Assembly (NCBI GenBank): GCA_965224025.1
Contig: OZ245033.1
Span: forward strand, 2,752,001 to 2,816,000
Length of the DNA stretch: 64,000 nt
DNA from: Candidatus Multivorans sp.
GTDB lineage: Bacteria; Acidobacteriota; Thermoanaerobaculia; Multivoradales; Multivoraceae
Direction of reading: 5' to 3'
The notes under the pieces were generated by a model. The model was given only the letters and a program-made list of their open reading frames with translations, ran no database searches and was not told the origin of the DNA. Position 1 is the stretch's first letter, and the number at the start of each line of letters is the position of its first letter. Shown piece by piece: positions 46,978 through 58,206 of this stretch. A program made the position numbers and the translations under genes.

Positions 46978-48527
46978 GAGTCGTCACCACCGAGGAGATG
47001 CGGTCGGTCGAAGCCGCGGCGACCTCTGCCCTCAGCGTGCCGGCGCTGGTCCTGATGGAGAACGCGGCCCGCGCCATTGCCGACGCCATTGCCGAGTGCT
47101 ATCCGCGCGCGCGCCGTGTCGCCATCGCCTGCGGCCGGGGCAACAACGGCGGCGACGGTCTGGCCCTGCTCCGCGATCTGACGGCACGCGGGTACGAAGC
47201 GACCGCCTTCATTGCCGGACCGCTCGACAGGCTCAGTCTCGAAGCGACGCAGCAGCTCGTGTCCTGCGAACAGCTCGGGCTGTCGCCGGCGGTGGCCCCC
47301 GAACCCGCCAAGTGCGACGCGGTGGATCGAGAGGTCGACCTCTGGGTCGACGCGCTGCTGGGCACGGGGCTGAATAGGCCCGTCGAGGGCCCTGTGGCCC
47401 GCTGGGTCGACTGGCTGTGCAACCGGCGGGGAAACGTTCCACTGGTTTCGGTCGATCTGCCGACCGGGCTCGACGCCTCCGCGGCCGTGCCGCCTGGGCC
47501 CCACGTCGTCGCCGACCTCACGGTGGCTCTCGGCTTTCCCAAGGTCGCGAACGTGCTGGCGCCCGCATCGGACGCCGGTGGCCGGCTCCGGATCGGCGAT
47601 CTAGGCGTGCCGCTGCCCGAGCCGCCCCCGGGGCCCGAGGCTCTCTACCAGTCGCGCCGGGAGGATCTGGTGGGTCGCCTCGGAGCGCGCCCGCGGAGTG
47701 GCCACAAGGGAACGTTCGGTCACGTCATCGTTGCCGGCGGCTCGAGCGGCTACAGCGGGGCCGTGGTCCTGGCGGCGCGCGCGGCGGTTCGGGGCGGCGC
47801 CGGGCTGGTGACGGCGGCCGTGCCGGAACACCTCACGCAGGTGGTCGACGCCGGTTCGATCGAGTCGATGACCCTGGGCTTGCCCTCGAGGCGGGGCGGC
47901 TGGTCGCGGGACGCGGTGGAGCCGTTGCTGGAGACGATCGTCGAGCGCGCTTCGCCGGGCGCGTTGGCGCTGGGCCCGGGCCTCGGCCTGAGCGACGATG
48001 CCCGCGTGCTTGCCCGGCAGGTCCTGGCCGGGAGTACGGCGCCCGTCGTCCTCGATGCGGACGGCATTTCCGCCTTCGCCGGCGACGCGCGGGCGCTCCG
48101 GGCGCGCGACGCGGACCTCGTGATTACGCCCCATCCCGGCGAACTGGCGCGGCTGCTGGGCGTCGCGACCGATGCCGTGGTGAACGACCGCTGGGGGAAT
48201 GCGCGGCGGGCTGCCCGCGAGACCGGGGCGGTGGTCGTCCTCAAGGGCCGCCAGACGCTGATCTCGGACTCCGCCCTCGGTGCCTGGGTGAACCCGACCG
48301 GCAACCCGGGCATGGCCACGGGGGGCAGCGGCGACGTGCTGACCGGGGTGATCGCGGCGCTGCTGGCTCAGGGATTGGAACCGCCTTCCGCGGCGAGGGT
48401 GGGCGTCTACGTTCATGGCCTGGCGGGCGATCTGGCCGCCGCAAGCTGGGGTGAGACGTCGATGGCCGCCTCCGACCTGGTAGATGAACTCGGATCGGCG
48501 TTCAAGTCGCTGGCCGGCGCGGAATAG
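46974..48527 (+). CDS. nnr: Bifunctional NAD(P)HX epimerase/dehydratase
   Basis: LMENA, CGRGNNGGDG, DALLGTG, HKG.FG, TPHPGE, GGSGDVL. Confidence 0.95.
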   Translation: MRVVTTEEMRSVEAAATSALSVPALVLMENAARAIADAIAECYPRARRVAIACGRGNNGGDGLALLRDLTARGYEATAFIAGPLDRLSLEATQQLVSCEQLGLSPAVAPEPAKCDAVDREVDLWVDALLGTGLNRPVEGPVARWVDWLCNRRGNVPLVSVDLPTGLDASAAVPPGPHVVADLTVALGFPKVANVLAPASDAGGRLRIGDLGVPLPEPPPGPEALYQSRREDLVGRLGARPRSGHKGTFGHVIVAGGSSGYSGAVVLAARAAVRGGAGLVTAAVPEHLTQVVDAGSIESMTLGLPSRRGGWSRDAVEPLLETIVERASPGALALGPGLGLSDDARVLARQVLAGSTAPVVLDADGISAFAGDARALRARDADLVITPHPGELARLLGVATDAVVNDRWGNARRAARETGAVVVLKGRQTLISDSALGAWVNPTGNPGMATGGSGDVLTGVIAALLAQGLEPPSAARVGVYVHGLAGDLAAASWGETSMAASDLVDELGSAFKSLAGAE

Positions 48528-48588
48528 CGGAATAGCAGCGGGGTTCGATCGTCTTGCAGATCTCCCACAGATGCGGCGTGCTCGCCCC

Positions 48589-48999
48589 ATGATCGTTCGC
48601 ACCGGGAGCGCCGGAGAAACCCGGAGGTTGGGGGTCGAACTCGCCGAACGGCTGAGGCCGGATGGCATCGCGCTCCTGTTCGGCGACCTGGGTTCCGGCA
48701 AGACGGTCCTGACCCAGGGCATTGCCGAGGGCCTGGGGCTCGACTCGGGGCTGATCCAGTCGCCGACCTTTACGCTGATTCACGAGTACGACCGCGGCCC
48801 GGTGCGCCTGGTCCATTTCGACCTCTACCGGTTGCAGCCGGAGGAGGTCGAGGGGATCGGGTTGGAGGAGTTGTTGGCAGGGAATGGCGTCAAGGTCGTC
48901 GAGTGGGCGGACCGCATGCCTTACGGAGTGCCGGCGATGGAGGTTCGGCTGGAGGTCGGTCGGGAACCGGGAGAGCGGACGATCGAGATCACAGGCTGA
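48589..48999 (+). CDS. tsaE: t6A tRNA modification ATPase TsaE
   Basis: GDLGSGKT, SPTFTL, HFDLYRL, VEWA. Confidence 0.95.
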   Translation: MIVRTGSAGETRRLGVELAERLRPDGIALLFGDLGSGKTVLTQGIAEGLGLDSGLIQSPTFTLIHEYDRGPVRLVHFDLYRLQPEEVEGIGLEELLAGNGVKVVEWADRMPYGVPAMEVRLEVGREPGERTIEITG

Positions 49000-49126
49000 C
49001 CGTTGCCAGCGCCGCCAAACTCGTCGCTGGGCGCCGGCCAGTGAGGTCACTGCGCCCTTGGGGCCAGTGACCCTGATGCTTTGATCGTCTCTGGCCCGCA
49101 AGCTCCTGGCGGTGTAAACCACAACG

Positions 49127-49214
49127 GGCTCCGTGTTTGGCCCCAGCCCCCACCTCTCCCGGAACTTGCGCCTGAGAACTCACTCCGTTACGTTCTCGGC
49201 GCAAGCTCCGGGAG
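49127..49214 (-). repeat. Palindromic repeat family A, copy 2 (intergenic tsaE-hbd)
   Basis: ctcccggaacttgcgcctgagaac-N12-gttctcggcgcaagctccgggag stem; reverse complement aligns with 37986-38069. Confidence 0.85.
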
Positions 49215-49275
49215 TTCCGCACCGAAACCGGAGCGGCTGATTCACCGGACCTACAAAGGAAGAGAAGAGAGCTCG

Positions 49276-50127
49276 ATGGAAGTGCAACGCGTTGGCATCG
49301 TCGGCTGCGGTCTCATGGGCCGGGGCATTGCAGAGATCTGTTCGCGGGCCGGGCTCCCGGTCACGGTCAGGGAGATCAACCAGGGAGTGCTCGATGCGGG
49401 GCTCGGCGCGGTGCGCCGGTCCCTGGCCAAGAGTCTGGAGAGGCGGCGCATCGACGCCGAGGAGCACGACCGGGCGATCTCGAATCTGAGCGGCACGGTC
49501 GACCTTGCGGATCTCGCCGGTTCCGACCTGGTCGTCGAGGCGATCGTCGAGGACCTGGAGACGAAGCGCGAGCTGTTCGTCGCGCTGGACGGCATCGTCG
49601 GCGACGACGCGATCTTCGCCAGCAACACGTCCTCGCTGACCCTCACCCAACTCGCGGCTTCGACGTCGAGGCCGGACCGGTTCGTGGGGCTTCACTTCTT
49701 CAACCCGGTGCCGGCGATGCGGCTGGTCGAGGTCGTCCGCACCCTGATGACATCCGACGAGGCGTACGACGCCTCCTGGCGTCTCGCTCAGCGGGTCGGC
49801 AAGACGCCGGTTGCGTGCAAGGACAACTCCGGTTTCATCGTCAACCGGCTGCTGGTGCCGTATCTGCTGGATGCGATCCGCGCCTATGAGAACGGCATCG
49901 GCTCACTTACGGACATCGACACCGCGATGAAGCTCGGCTGCGGCTATCCGATGGGGCCGTTCACGCTGTGCGACTTCATCGGCCTGGACACGATGTACTA
50001 CGTCGCCAACATCATGTTCGACGAGTACCGGGAGACCCGCTTCGCCCCGCCGACGCTGCTCAAGCAGATGGTCCAGGCCGGGCAACTGGGACGCAAGAGC
50101 GGCAAGGGGTTCTTTGAGTACCGCTGA
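49276..50127 (+). CDS. hbd: 3-hydroxybutyryl-CoA dehydrogenase
   Basis: GCGLMG.GIA, EAIVE, SNTSS, HFFNP, GFIVNRLL, PMGPF. Confidence 0.93.
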   Translation: MEVQRVGIVGCGLMGRGIAEICSRAGLPVTVREINQGVLDAGLGAVRRSLAKSLERRRIDAEEHDRAISNLSGTVDLADLAGSDLVVEAIVEDLETKRELFVALDGIVGDDAIFASNTSSLTLTQLAASTSRPDRFVGLHFFNPVPAMRLVEVVRTLMTSDEAYDASWRLAQRVGKTPVACKDNSGFIVNRLLVPYLLDAIRAYENGIGSLTDIDTAMKLGCGYPMGPFTLCDFIGLDTMYYVANIMFDEYRETRFAPPTLLKQMVQAGQLGRKSGKGFFEYR

Positions 50128-51118
50128 ACCAGCGCAGGCCAGAGCCCAGTTGATCCTGCCCGAAGGGTCGGTGCAGGCGATCTGCGGCGCCCACGACGAG
50201 AACCTGCGACGGGTCGAGAAGGCGCTTCAAGTGACCCTCGGCGTGCGCGGATCGGCGGTTCAGATTCAGGGCGCGGCGAAGGCGGTGGGCCAGGCGGAGC
50301 GCCTGCTCACCGATCTCGGCGCGCTGGCCGCGAGTGGCCGCCGTCTCCGCTCTGGCGATCTGGCGACCGCGCTGCGCGTGGTGGCCGAGGAACCGGCGAC
50401 ATCGCTGGTCGACTTCTTCAAGACCGGAGCGTTGATCCAGGCCTCGCGTCGCCTCGTCGCGCCTCGCAGCCTGAACCAGAAGCGCTACCTGCGCGCTATG
50501 CTGGACCACGATCTGGTCGTCTCGACCGGGCCGGCGGGCACGGGCAAGACCTACCTGGCGGTGGCGGTGGCGGCTTCCGCGCTCAAGCAGGAAAAGGTCC
50601 GGCGCATCGTGCTGGCCCGGCCGGCGGTCGAAGCGGGCGAGAAGCTCGGGTTTCTGCCCGGCGACCTGGCGGAGAAGGTGAATCCCTACCTGCGGCCGCT
50701 GTACGATGCTCTCTACGACATCATCGGCTTCGACAAGGTGTCGCGGATGATGGAACGCGAAGTGATCGAGGTGGCGCCGCTCGCCTTCATGCGGGGTCGT
50801 TCGCTCAACGACAGCTTCATCATTCTCGACGAGGCGCAGAACACGACGCCGGAGCAGATGAAGATGTTCCTGACCCGCATCGGCTTCAATTCGAAGGCGG
50901 TGGTCAACGGCGATATCACGCAGGTCGACCTGCCGCCCGGTCAGCGATCGGGGCTGAAGCACGCTCTCGAGGTGCTTCGTGGCGAGGAGGGCATGGCTTT
51001 CGTGAGCTTCGGGCGGTCCGACGTGGTCCGTCACGAACTCGTGCAGCGGATTGTCGGCGCCTACGACCGCTGGGAGGCTCGTTTCGGCGACGACGCGGAG
51101 CGCCGGGAGGTTCGGTGA
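50114..51118 (+). CDS. phoH: PhoH-family ATPase (YbeZ)
   Basis: GPAGTGKT, RPAVEAGE.LGFLPG, MRGRS, DEAQN. Confidence 0.95.
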   Translation: MSTAEPAQARAQLILPEGSVQAICGAHDENLRRVEKALQVTLGVRGSAVQIQGAAKAVGQAERLLTDLGALAASGRRLRSGDLATALRVVAEEPATSLVDFFKTGALIQASRRLVAPRSLNQKRYLRAMLDHDLVVSTGPAGTGKTYLAVAVAASALKQEKVRRIVLARPAVEAGEKLGFLPGDLAEKVNPYLRPLYDALYDIIGFDKVSRMMEREVIEVAPLAFMRGRSLNDSFIILDEAQNTTPEQMKMFLTRIGFNSKAVVNGDITQVDLPPGQRSGLKHALEVLRGEEGMAFVSFGRSDVVRHELVQRIVGAYDRWEARFGDDAERREVR

Positions 51119-53565
51119 GCGCGTCGGCGAAGACGCCGCGGCGACGCCGGTCCGGGCGCCGGCGAGAGGTTCGCAAGCGGCTGCGGCGCAGCATGTTCCG
51201 GCGCCACGGCGAGCGGTTGACGGTCGCCGGCCTGTGGCACTACGTGCTGGAACTCGACATCGTCTGGGTCGTCTTCATGGTCCTGGCCGGCGCCTGGATC
51301 ATGGCCCCGGCCGGCGTCTTCTTCGGTCCGGATCTGAGCGAGGGCGACATCGCGAACCGCGACTATCACGCGACGCGCGATGTCCTGATCCCCGACGAGG
51401 CGAGGTCGGAGGAACTGAAGGAGCAGGCCCGTTCCGACGTCCGGCCTCTCTACGACCTCGACGCCGCCCAGGCCGACGAGGTGGAGGACCGGATCCGGCG
51501 CCTCTTCGAGATCGAGCGAGGGGGCGACGAGGCGGCCGAACTCCTGCCCGAGGGGGAGGAGCAGGAGGTGGCCGCCGAACGGTTGCGACGGCTGCGAGAG
51601 GGCAGCGACCTGCGAGTCGACGAAGGCCACGCGGACCTGCTGGCCGCCCAGGTCGACGGCGAGGACGAAGGCGCCGAGCTCGAGGAGCGCTTGGGCCGCC
51701 TGGTCGGGTTCCTGCTTCGGGAAGGGATCGTGGAGAACAAGGAGACCCTGCTCCAGAACCGGCTCGAGGGCGTGACGGTGCGCATCCTCCAGACCGGAGA
51801 GGAAGCGGTCCAGTTCGACCTCTTTCGCTATCGCGGCTGGGATGAGGTGCAGAGCTATCTCGAAGCGGAGGTCGGCCGTTGGGGCGGCTGGAGCCACGCC
51901 GACCGGGAGACGGTCGTCGACTTCCTGATGGTCAACCTGACTCCGAACGTTTACCTGAACCTGAACGAGACCCAGGAGCGGCGGGACGCGGCAGCGGAGG
52001 CGATCGGGCAGGCGTTCAACGAGATCCGGGCGGGTCAGGTCATCGTGCGCAGGGGCGACGAGGTCGACCAGAAGGCAATCGAACTGCTGCGGGAGATGAC
52101 GGGTAGCGAGCGGCGGTCGATCCTGCTTCGATCGCCGGCCGCGTCGGTACTGCTGCTGGGCTTGGCGGTGGCGTTCCTGTGGATCGCGTTCCGGCGCAAG
52201 CGGCTGGTCACCGTCGAGGCTCGCGCCTTCGGCAGCGTCGTGCTGCTGCTGATCCTGGGTCTCCTGGCGACCCGCTTCGGCTTCGTGGTCGCGGATGCGC
52301 TCGCCGCCTCCTTCGAGATCGAGGCGCTCAGCTCCGCGAGGAGCTACGGCTTCGCGATTCCGTTCGCCGCGGTGGCGCTCCTGGTGTCCGTGCTCTACGG
52401 CCGCGGCGCCGGGCTGCTCGCCGGCCTGGTCTTCTCCGTGCTGGTGGGGCGTCTCGGATGGGCGGAGGCAACCACCTCGCAGCTCGGGTTGGCGGGCGGC
52501 ACGATGCTCTTCGCGCTGACCGGCAGCCTCGCCGCCGTGTTCGCGCTCGATCAACTGAAGCAGCGATCCGCGGTGATCAGGGCGGGCCTGCTGGTCGGAC
52601 TCGTCAACATGGCTTCGGTGACCGTGGTGACTCTGCTGGACGAGAACGGCGCCTCGATCGCGGGCTGGGGCTTCGAACTGCTCTGCGGATTCCTCGGCGG
52701 CCTGCTGGCCGCGGCGGCGGTCGGCTTCGCGATCCCCGTGTTCGAGGCGCTGTTGTTCCTGACCACGGACATGAAGCTGATGGAGCTCTCCGACACGAAT
52801 CTGCCGCTCCTGCAGCGCGTCGCCTTCGAGGCGCCCGGCACCTTCCAGCACTCCCTGATGGTCGCCAATCTGGCCAAGGCGGGCTGCGAGGCCCTGGGCG
52901 GGAACCCGACGCTGGCGTATGTGGGGGGCCTTTACCATGACATCGGCAAGGTGCTGAGGCCGCAGTACTTCGTGGAGAACCAGCGCGACGGAGACAACCC
53001 GCACGACAACCTCGCTCCGTCGATGTCGGCGCTGATCCTCCTCGATCATGTGAAGGAGGGCGTCCGCCTGGCGCGGGAGCATGGCCTGCCTCAGCCGATC
53101 GTGGACGCGATCGAACAGCATCACGGCACGCGCACCCTCGGCTACTTCCTCGACCGGGCGAAGAAGCGGGCGGAGCCGGAGGAGACGATCAACGAGCATC
53201 AGTACCGGTACCTGGGCCCGATGCCCCAGAACAAGACGATGGGCGTGCTGATGGTCGCCGATACGGTGGAGGCCGCGAGCCGCACCCTCACGGACTTCTC
53301 CGAGGAGTCGATCCAGGCGCTGGTTACGCGTCTGTTGGACGACATCGTCGAAGATGGTCAGTTGGATCAGACCGATCTGACCCTTTCCGACCTGCGACGG
53401 TTGAGCTACACGCTGCAGAATGTCCTGAAGACGATCCACCACCACCGGGTGGAGTATCCCGGCTTCGAATGGGGCAGTGAGAGTCGCGGTTCTCTGCGGG
53501 TTCTTCCCGGCGGCGCGGGGAGCGGCCGGGCGCCAGGAGCTCGCGCCGCAGAACGACACGAGTGA
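51115..53565 (+). CDS. 7TM-HD (HDIG) membrane phosphohydrolase, PgpH-like
   Basis: Extracellular domain, 7TM region, APGTFQHS, YHDIGK, YFVENQ, QHHGT, ADTVEAASR. Confidence 0.92.
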   Translation: MSASAKTPRRRRSGRRREVRKRLRRSMFRRHGERLTVAGLWHYVLELDIVWVVFMVLAGAWIMAPAGVFFGPDLSEGDIANRDYHATRDVLIPDEARSEELKEQARSDVRPLYDLDAAQADEVEDRIRRLFEIERGGDEAAELLPEGEEQEVAAERLRRLREGSDLRVDEGHADLLAAQVDGEDEGAELEERLGRLVGFLLREGIVENKETLLQNRLEGVTVRILQTGEEAVQFDLFRYRGWDEVQSYLEAEVGRWGGWSHADRETVVDFLMVNLTPNVYLNLNETQERRDAAAEAIGQAFNEIRAGQVIVRRGDEVDQKAIELLREMTGSERRSILLRSPAASVLLLGLAVAFLWIAFRRKRLVTVEARAFGSVVLLLILGLLATRFGFVVADALAASFEIEALSSARSYGFAIPFAAVALLVSVLYGRGAGLLAGLVFSVLVGRLGWAEATTSQLGLAGGTMLFALTGSLAAVFALDQLKQRSAVIRAGLLVGLVNMASVTVVTLLDENGASIAGWGFELLCGFLGGLLAAAAVGFAIPVFEALLFLTTDMKLMELSDTNLPLLQRVAFEAPGTFQHSLMVANLAKAGCEALGGNPTLAYVGGLYHDIGKVLRPQYFVENQRDGDNPHDNLAPSMSALILLDHVKEGVRLAREHGLPQPIVDAIEQHHGTRTLGYFLDRAKKRAEPEETINEHQYRYLGPMPQNKTMGVLMVADTVEAASRTLTDFSEESIQALVTRLLDDIVEDGQLDQTDLTLSDLRRLSYTLQNVLKTIHHHRVEYPGFEWGSESRGSLRVLPGGAGSGRAPGARAAERHE

Positions 53566-53630
53566 GTTCTGAGGCGCAAGCTTCTGGTGCGGACGGGATG
53601 GGCCGAAACTCCGAGCGATGCGAGGCGTTT
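53533..53630 (+). repeat. Palindromic repeat family A, copy 3 (spans HD-gene stop / ybeY-era start)
   Basis: ccaggagctcgcgccgcagaac-N11-gttctgaggcgcaagcttctgg 22-bp stem; GTGA in the loop at 53562-53565. Confidence 0.85.
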
Positions 53631-54959
53631 AAGGGCGCTGAGCCCGGCGTGGCGACCATCGATCTGCAGGTTGCGGCCTCCGTGGAGGCCAGTTGCCGGG
53701 CCCTGTTGCCCGGTCTCCGCCGCGTCGCTCACGATGTGGTCGCGGAGCTGGCGCCGCATCCGGCCTCGCTGACCCTGCGCCTCACGGGCGACGACGAGAT
53801 CCGGGGGCTGAACCAACGCTACCGGGCGATCGATGAGGCGGCCGACGTGCTCTCGTTCCCCGGCGAGACGACTCCGGAGGGGCGGCACCTGGGCGATGTC
53901 GTGATCTCGGTGGAGACGGCCGTGGCGCGCAGCGGCGTCGCCCTCGAGCGGGAGCTCCAGGTGCTGGCACTGCACGGAATCCTCCACTGCCTGGGCTATG
54001 ACCACGAGACGGACGACGGCGAGATGGAGGCCCTGGAGCAGCGGCTGCGGGCGCACTGCCTGGGGCCGTACAAGACCGGGACGGTGGCGTTCGTGGGGCG
54101 GCCGAACGCCGGCAAGTCGACGCTGATGAACCGGATGCTGGGCGAGAAGCTCGCGATCGTCTCGGACAAGCCGCAGACCACCCGCCACCGGTTGATCGGT
54201 ATCCTGACCACGGAGCGCGGCCAGATGGTGTTTCACGACACGCCCGGCCTGCACCGGCCCCTGCACCGGTTGAACCGCCGCATGGTCCACGCCGCCTCCG
54301 CGGCACTCAACGAGGCTGACGTCGTCTGCCTGATCCGCGACGTGGCGGTTCCGTTCGGCAAGGGCGACGCCTACGCCCTCGATCTCGTCGGCGCCGCGGC
54401 GGCAGCCGGACAGGAGCGTCCCATGCTGTGCCTGCTGAACAAGATCGACCAGGTCAGGAAGCACCGGCTGTTGCCCGAGATCGAGCGCTATGCGGGCCGC
54501 GGCGTGTTCGAGGAGATCGTGCCCATCTCGGCGCTTGACGGGGACGGCGTGGAACAGGTCCTGGAGATCCTCTGGCGCCACCTGCCGGCGGGCGAGCCGC
54601 AACACGATCCGGAGCTTCCGACCGTGCACACGGAACGCTTCCTGGTGGCCGAGCTGATTCGGGAGAAGGTGCTCGAACAGACGCGGGACGAGTTGCCCTT
54701 CACGACCGCCGTCGTCATCGAAGCGTGGGAGGACGGCGACAAGCGGACGGACCTGCTCGCGCACATCCTGGTCGACCGGGACAGCCACAAGGGCATCGTG
54801 ATCGGTCGCGGCGGCAAACGGATCAAGGAGATCGGTACCGCCGCGCGCCGGGATCTGGAAGGCTTCCTGGGTCGGCGGGTGTACCTCGAGTTGCAGGTCA
54901 GAGCCCACCCGGGATGGCGCGAGGACGCAGCGGTGCTCGGCCGTCTGGCGCCGGGCTAG
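53562..54959 (+). CDS. ybeY-era: YbeY-Era fusion (rRNA maturation RNase + GTPase)
   Basis: LN..YR.ID...[16 protein letters not shown], then [19 protein letters not shown] motif VIGRGG in one frame. Start 53562 or 53649. Confidence 0.92.
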   Translation: MSSEAQASGADGMGRNSERCEAFKGAEPGVATIDLQVAASVEASCRALLPGLRRVAHDVVAELAPHPASLTLRLTGDDEIRGLNQRYRAIDEAADVLSFPGETTPEGRHLGDVVISVETAVARSGVALERELQVLALHGILHCLGYDHETDDGEMEALEQRLRAHCLGPYKTGTVAFVGRPNAGKSTLMNRMLGEKLAIVSDKPQTTRHRLIGILTTERGQMVFHDTPGLHRPLHRLNRRMVHAASAALNEADVVCLIRDVAVPFGKGDAYALDLVGAAAAAGQERPMLCLLNKIDQVRKHRLLPEIERYAGRGVFEEIVPISALDGDGVEQVLEILWRHLPAGEPQHDPELPTVHTERFLVAELIREKVLEQTRDELPFTTAVVIEAWEDGDKRTDLLAHILVDRDSHKGIVIGRGGKRIKEIGTAARRDLEGFLGRRVYLELQVRAHPGWREDAAVLGRLAPG

Positions 54960-54970
54960 CCGACTCCGGC

Positions 54971-55002
54971 CCTGGGAACGCGGGCGTCTCGCCCGCATCC
55001 GG
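54971..55002 (+). repeat. REP-like palindrome family B, copy 2
   Basis: cctgggaacgcgggcgtctcgcccgcatccgg just after the era stop. Confidence 0.8.
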
Positions 55003-55207
55003 GTTGCAGAGCGCTGGCCAGTGTCGTTCCGGGCACGGTAGACGCTACGGAATCGTCGGATCCTGGCCGGGGGCCGCGACAGAGTTGTTGGCTCAGCGCG
55101 GGTGCGATCGGACCGAGAAGAAGCTCGACTGGACTCGGCGGCCGATTCCTGCCCTACGGTGCGGAAACTCCGGGCGCGTGGCCCGTTTCACGCCCCAGGA
55201 AAGCGTC

Positions 55208-55224
55208 CCGGCACGCAGGTTGCT
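55208..55224 (+). promoter_or_regulatory. Putative sigma-54 (-24/-12) promoter of glnA
   Basis: CCGGCACGCAGGTTGCT = GG-N10-GC matching the TGGCACG-N4-TTGC consensus, upstream of glnA. Confidence 0.65.
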
Positions 55225-55390
55225 AGCGGAAGAGCCACGGCGTCGGCGCCGCGGGTTGCCAGTTGATGGACTCGCTGATAAACAGGCGGCCAAAGCGCTT
55301 TCGTGCATGCAGAGATCGGCCGGGTCGGCGGCTCGGCTACATCGGTTCGGCGCGGCTTCACCGCGGCAAGGACAAGCAAAGGAGGACTTC

Positions 55391-56812
<1,422 letters not shown>

Positions 56813-56859
56813 TCTGCGCCGACCGGAGAGTGGGCGCCGTCAGCGAGGAGGTCCCTTCC

Positions 56860-58206
56860 GTGCAAGCCTTGGCGATTCGCACCCTCGGCGTCGTGCTGGG
56901 GTTGACGTTGACCGCGCCGGCCATGGCCGACGACTGGCCGCAGTGGCGGGGCGCCGACCGCTCCGGCGTGTGGCAGGAGGACGGCATCCTGGAGCAATTC
57001 CCCAAAGGGGGGCTCGAGGTCGCCTGGCGGGTACCCATCCACGGCGGCTACTCGGGCCCGGTGGTGGCGGATGGACGTGTGTTCGTCATGGACTGGCGGC
57101 GCGTTGAAGGGTCGCGCGCCATCATGGGGAAGGAACGCGTGCTGACGCTCGACGAGGAGACCGGCGAGGTGCTCTGGAGCCACGAGTGGGACGTGAACTA
57201 CTCCGCGCTCCAGCAGAGCTACGCGATCGGCCCGCGCTCCACGCCGGCCGTCGACGGCGACCGCGTCTACGTCATGGGCGGGGTCGGGCACCTGTTCGCG
57301 CTGAATGCGGAGACGGGCGACGTGATCTGGAGCTACGACTCGGTGGAGCAGGGCAATGCCAGCATCACGATCTGGGGGTTCTCCAGTTCGCCGCTCGTGC
57401 ATGGCGACCTGTTGATCCAGATCGTGGGCGCCGAACCGGACGGCAAGGTGATCGCCTTCGACAAGCGCACGGGCGAGGAGGTCTGGCGGTCGCTGTCTTC
57501 GGACTGGGAGATGGGCTACGGCCAGCCCATGATCTTCGAACGCGGCGGCGTGGAGCAGCTCATCGTCTGGGAGCCGCGGGCGGTCAACTCGCTCGATCCG
57601 GCCACCGGCGAGGTCTACTGGACCGTGCCCTGGGAGGTCGCTTCCGGGATGACCGTGACGACCCCCGTGATCGACGGCAACCGGTTGCTGTTCAGCCAGT
57701 TCTACCGCGGTTCCCTGCTGCTCGAGCTGGCCGAGGACAAGCCCGAGGTCACGGAGCTGTGGCGCGGCAAGAGCCGCAGCGAGATGCCGGAGGAGACGGA
57801 GGGGCTTCACGCCCTGATCACCACGCCGATTCTCGAGGGCGACACGATCTACGGCGTCTGCAGCTACGGCCAGTTGCGCGGCCTTGACGCCTCGGATGGT
57901 TCACGGCTCTGGGAGAGCGACAAGATGACCCGCCAGGGGCGCTGGGGCGCCGCCTTCATGGTCAAGCACGGCGACCGCTGGTTCGTGAACAACGATGTCG
58001 GCGACCTGATCATCGCCCGCTTCTCGCGGGACGGCTACGAGGAGATCGACCGCGCCAAGCTGATCGAGCCCACTGCGCGATCCGGCTTCGGTCCGCGACG
58101 CTTTTACGACGCGATGGTCAACTGGTCCCACCCGGCCTACGCCAACCGTCACGTCATCGCGCGTAACGACGAGGAGGTCATCCGTGTCTCCCTTGCCGTC
58201 GAGTAG
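56860..58206 (+). CDS. PQQ-like beta-propeller repeat protein
   Basis: GAGGAG RBS, signal peptide, DWPQWRG, GPRSTP, WSHPAYAN. Confidence 0.88.
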   Translation: MQALAIRTLGVVLGLTLTAPAMADDWPQWRGADRSGVWQEDGILEQFPKGGLEVAWRVPIHGGYSGPVVADGRVFVMDWRRVEGSRAIMGKERVLTLDEETGEVLWSHEWDVNYSALQQSYAIGPRSTPAVDGDRVYVMGGVGHLFALNAETGDVIWSYDSVEQGNASITIWGFSSSPLVHGDLLIQIVGAEPDGKVIAFDKRTGEEVWRSLSSDWEMGYGQPMIFERGGVEQLIVWEPRAVNSLDPATGEVYWTVPWEVASGMTVTTPVIDGNRLLFSQFYRGSLLLELAEDKPEVTELWRGKSRSEMPEETEGLHALITTPILEGDTIYGVCSYGQLRGLDASDGSRLWESDKMTRQGRWGAAFMVKHGDRWFVNNDVGDLIIARFSRDGYEEIDRAKLIEPTARSGFGPRRFYDAMVNWSHPAYANRHVIARNDEEVIRVSLAVE

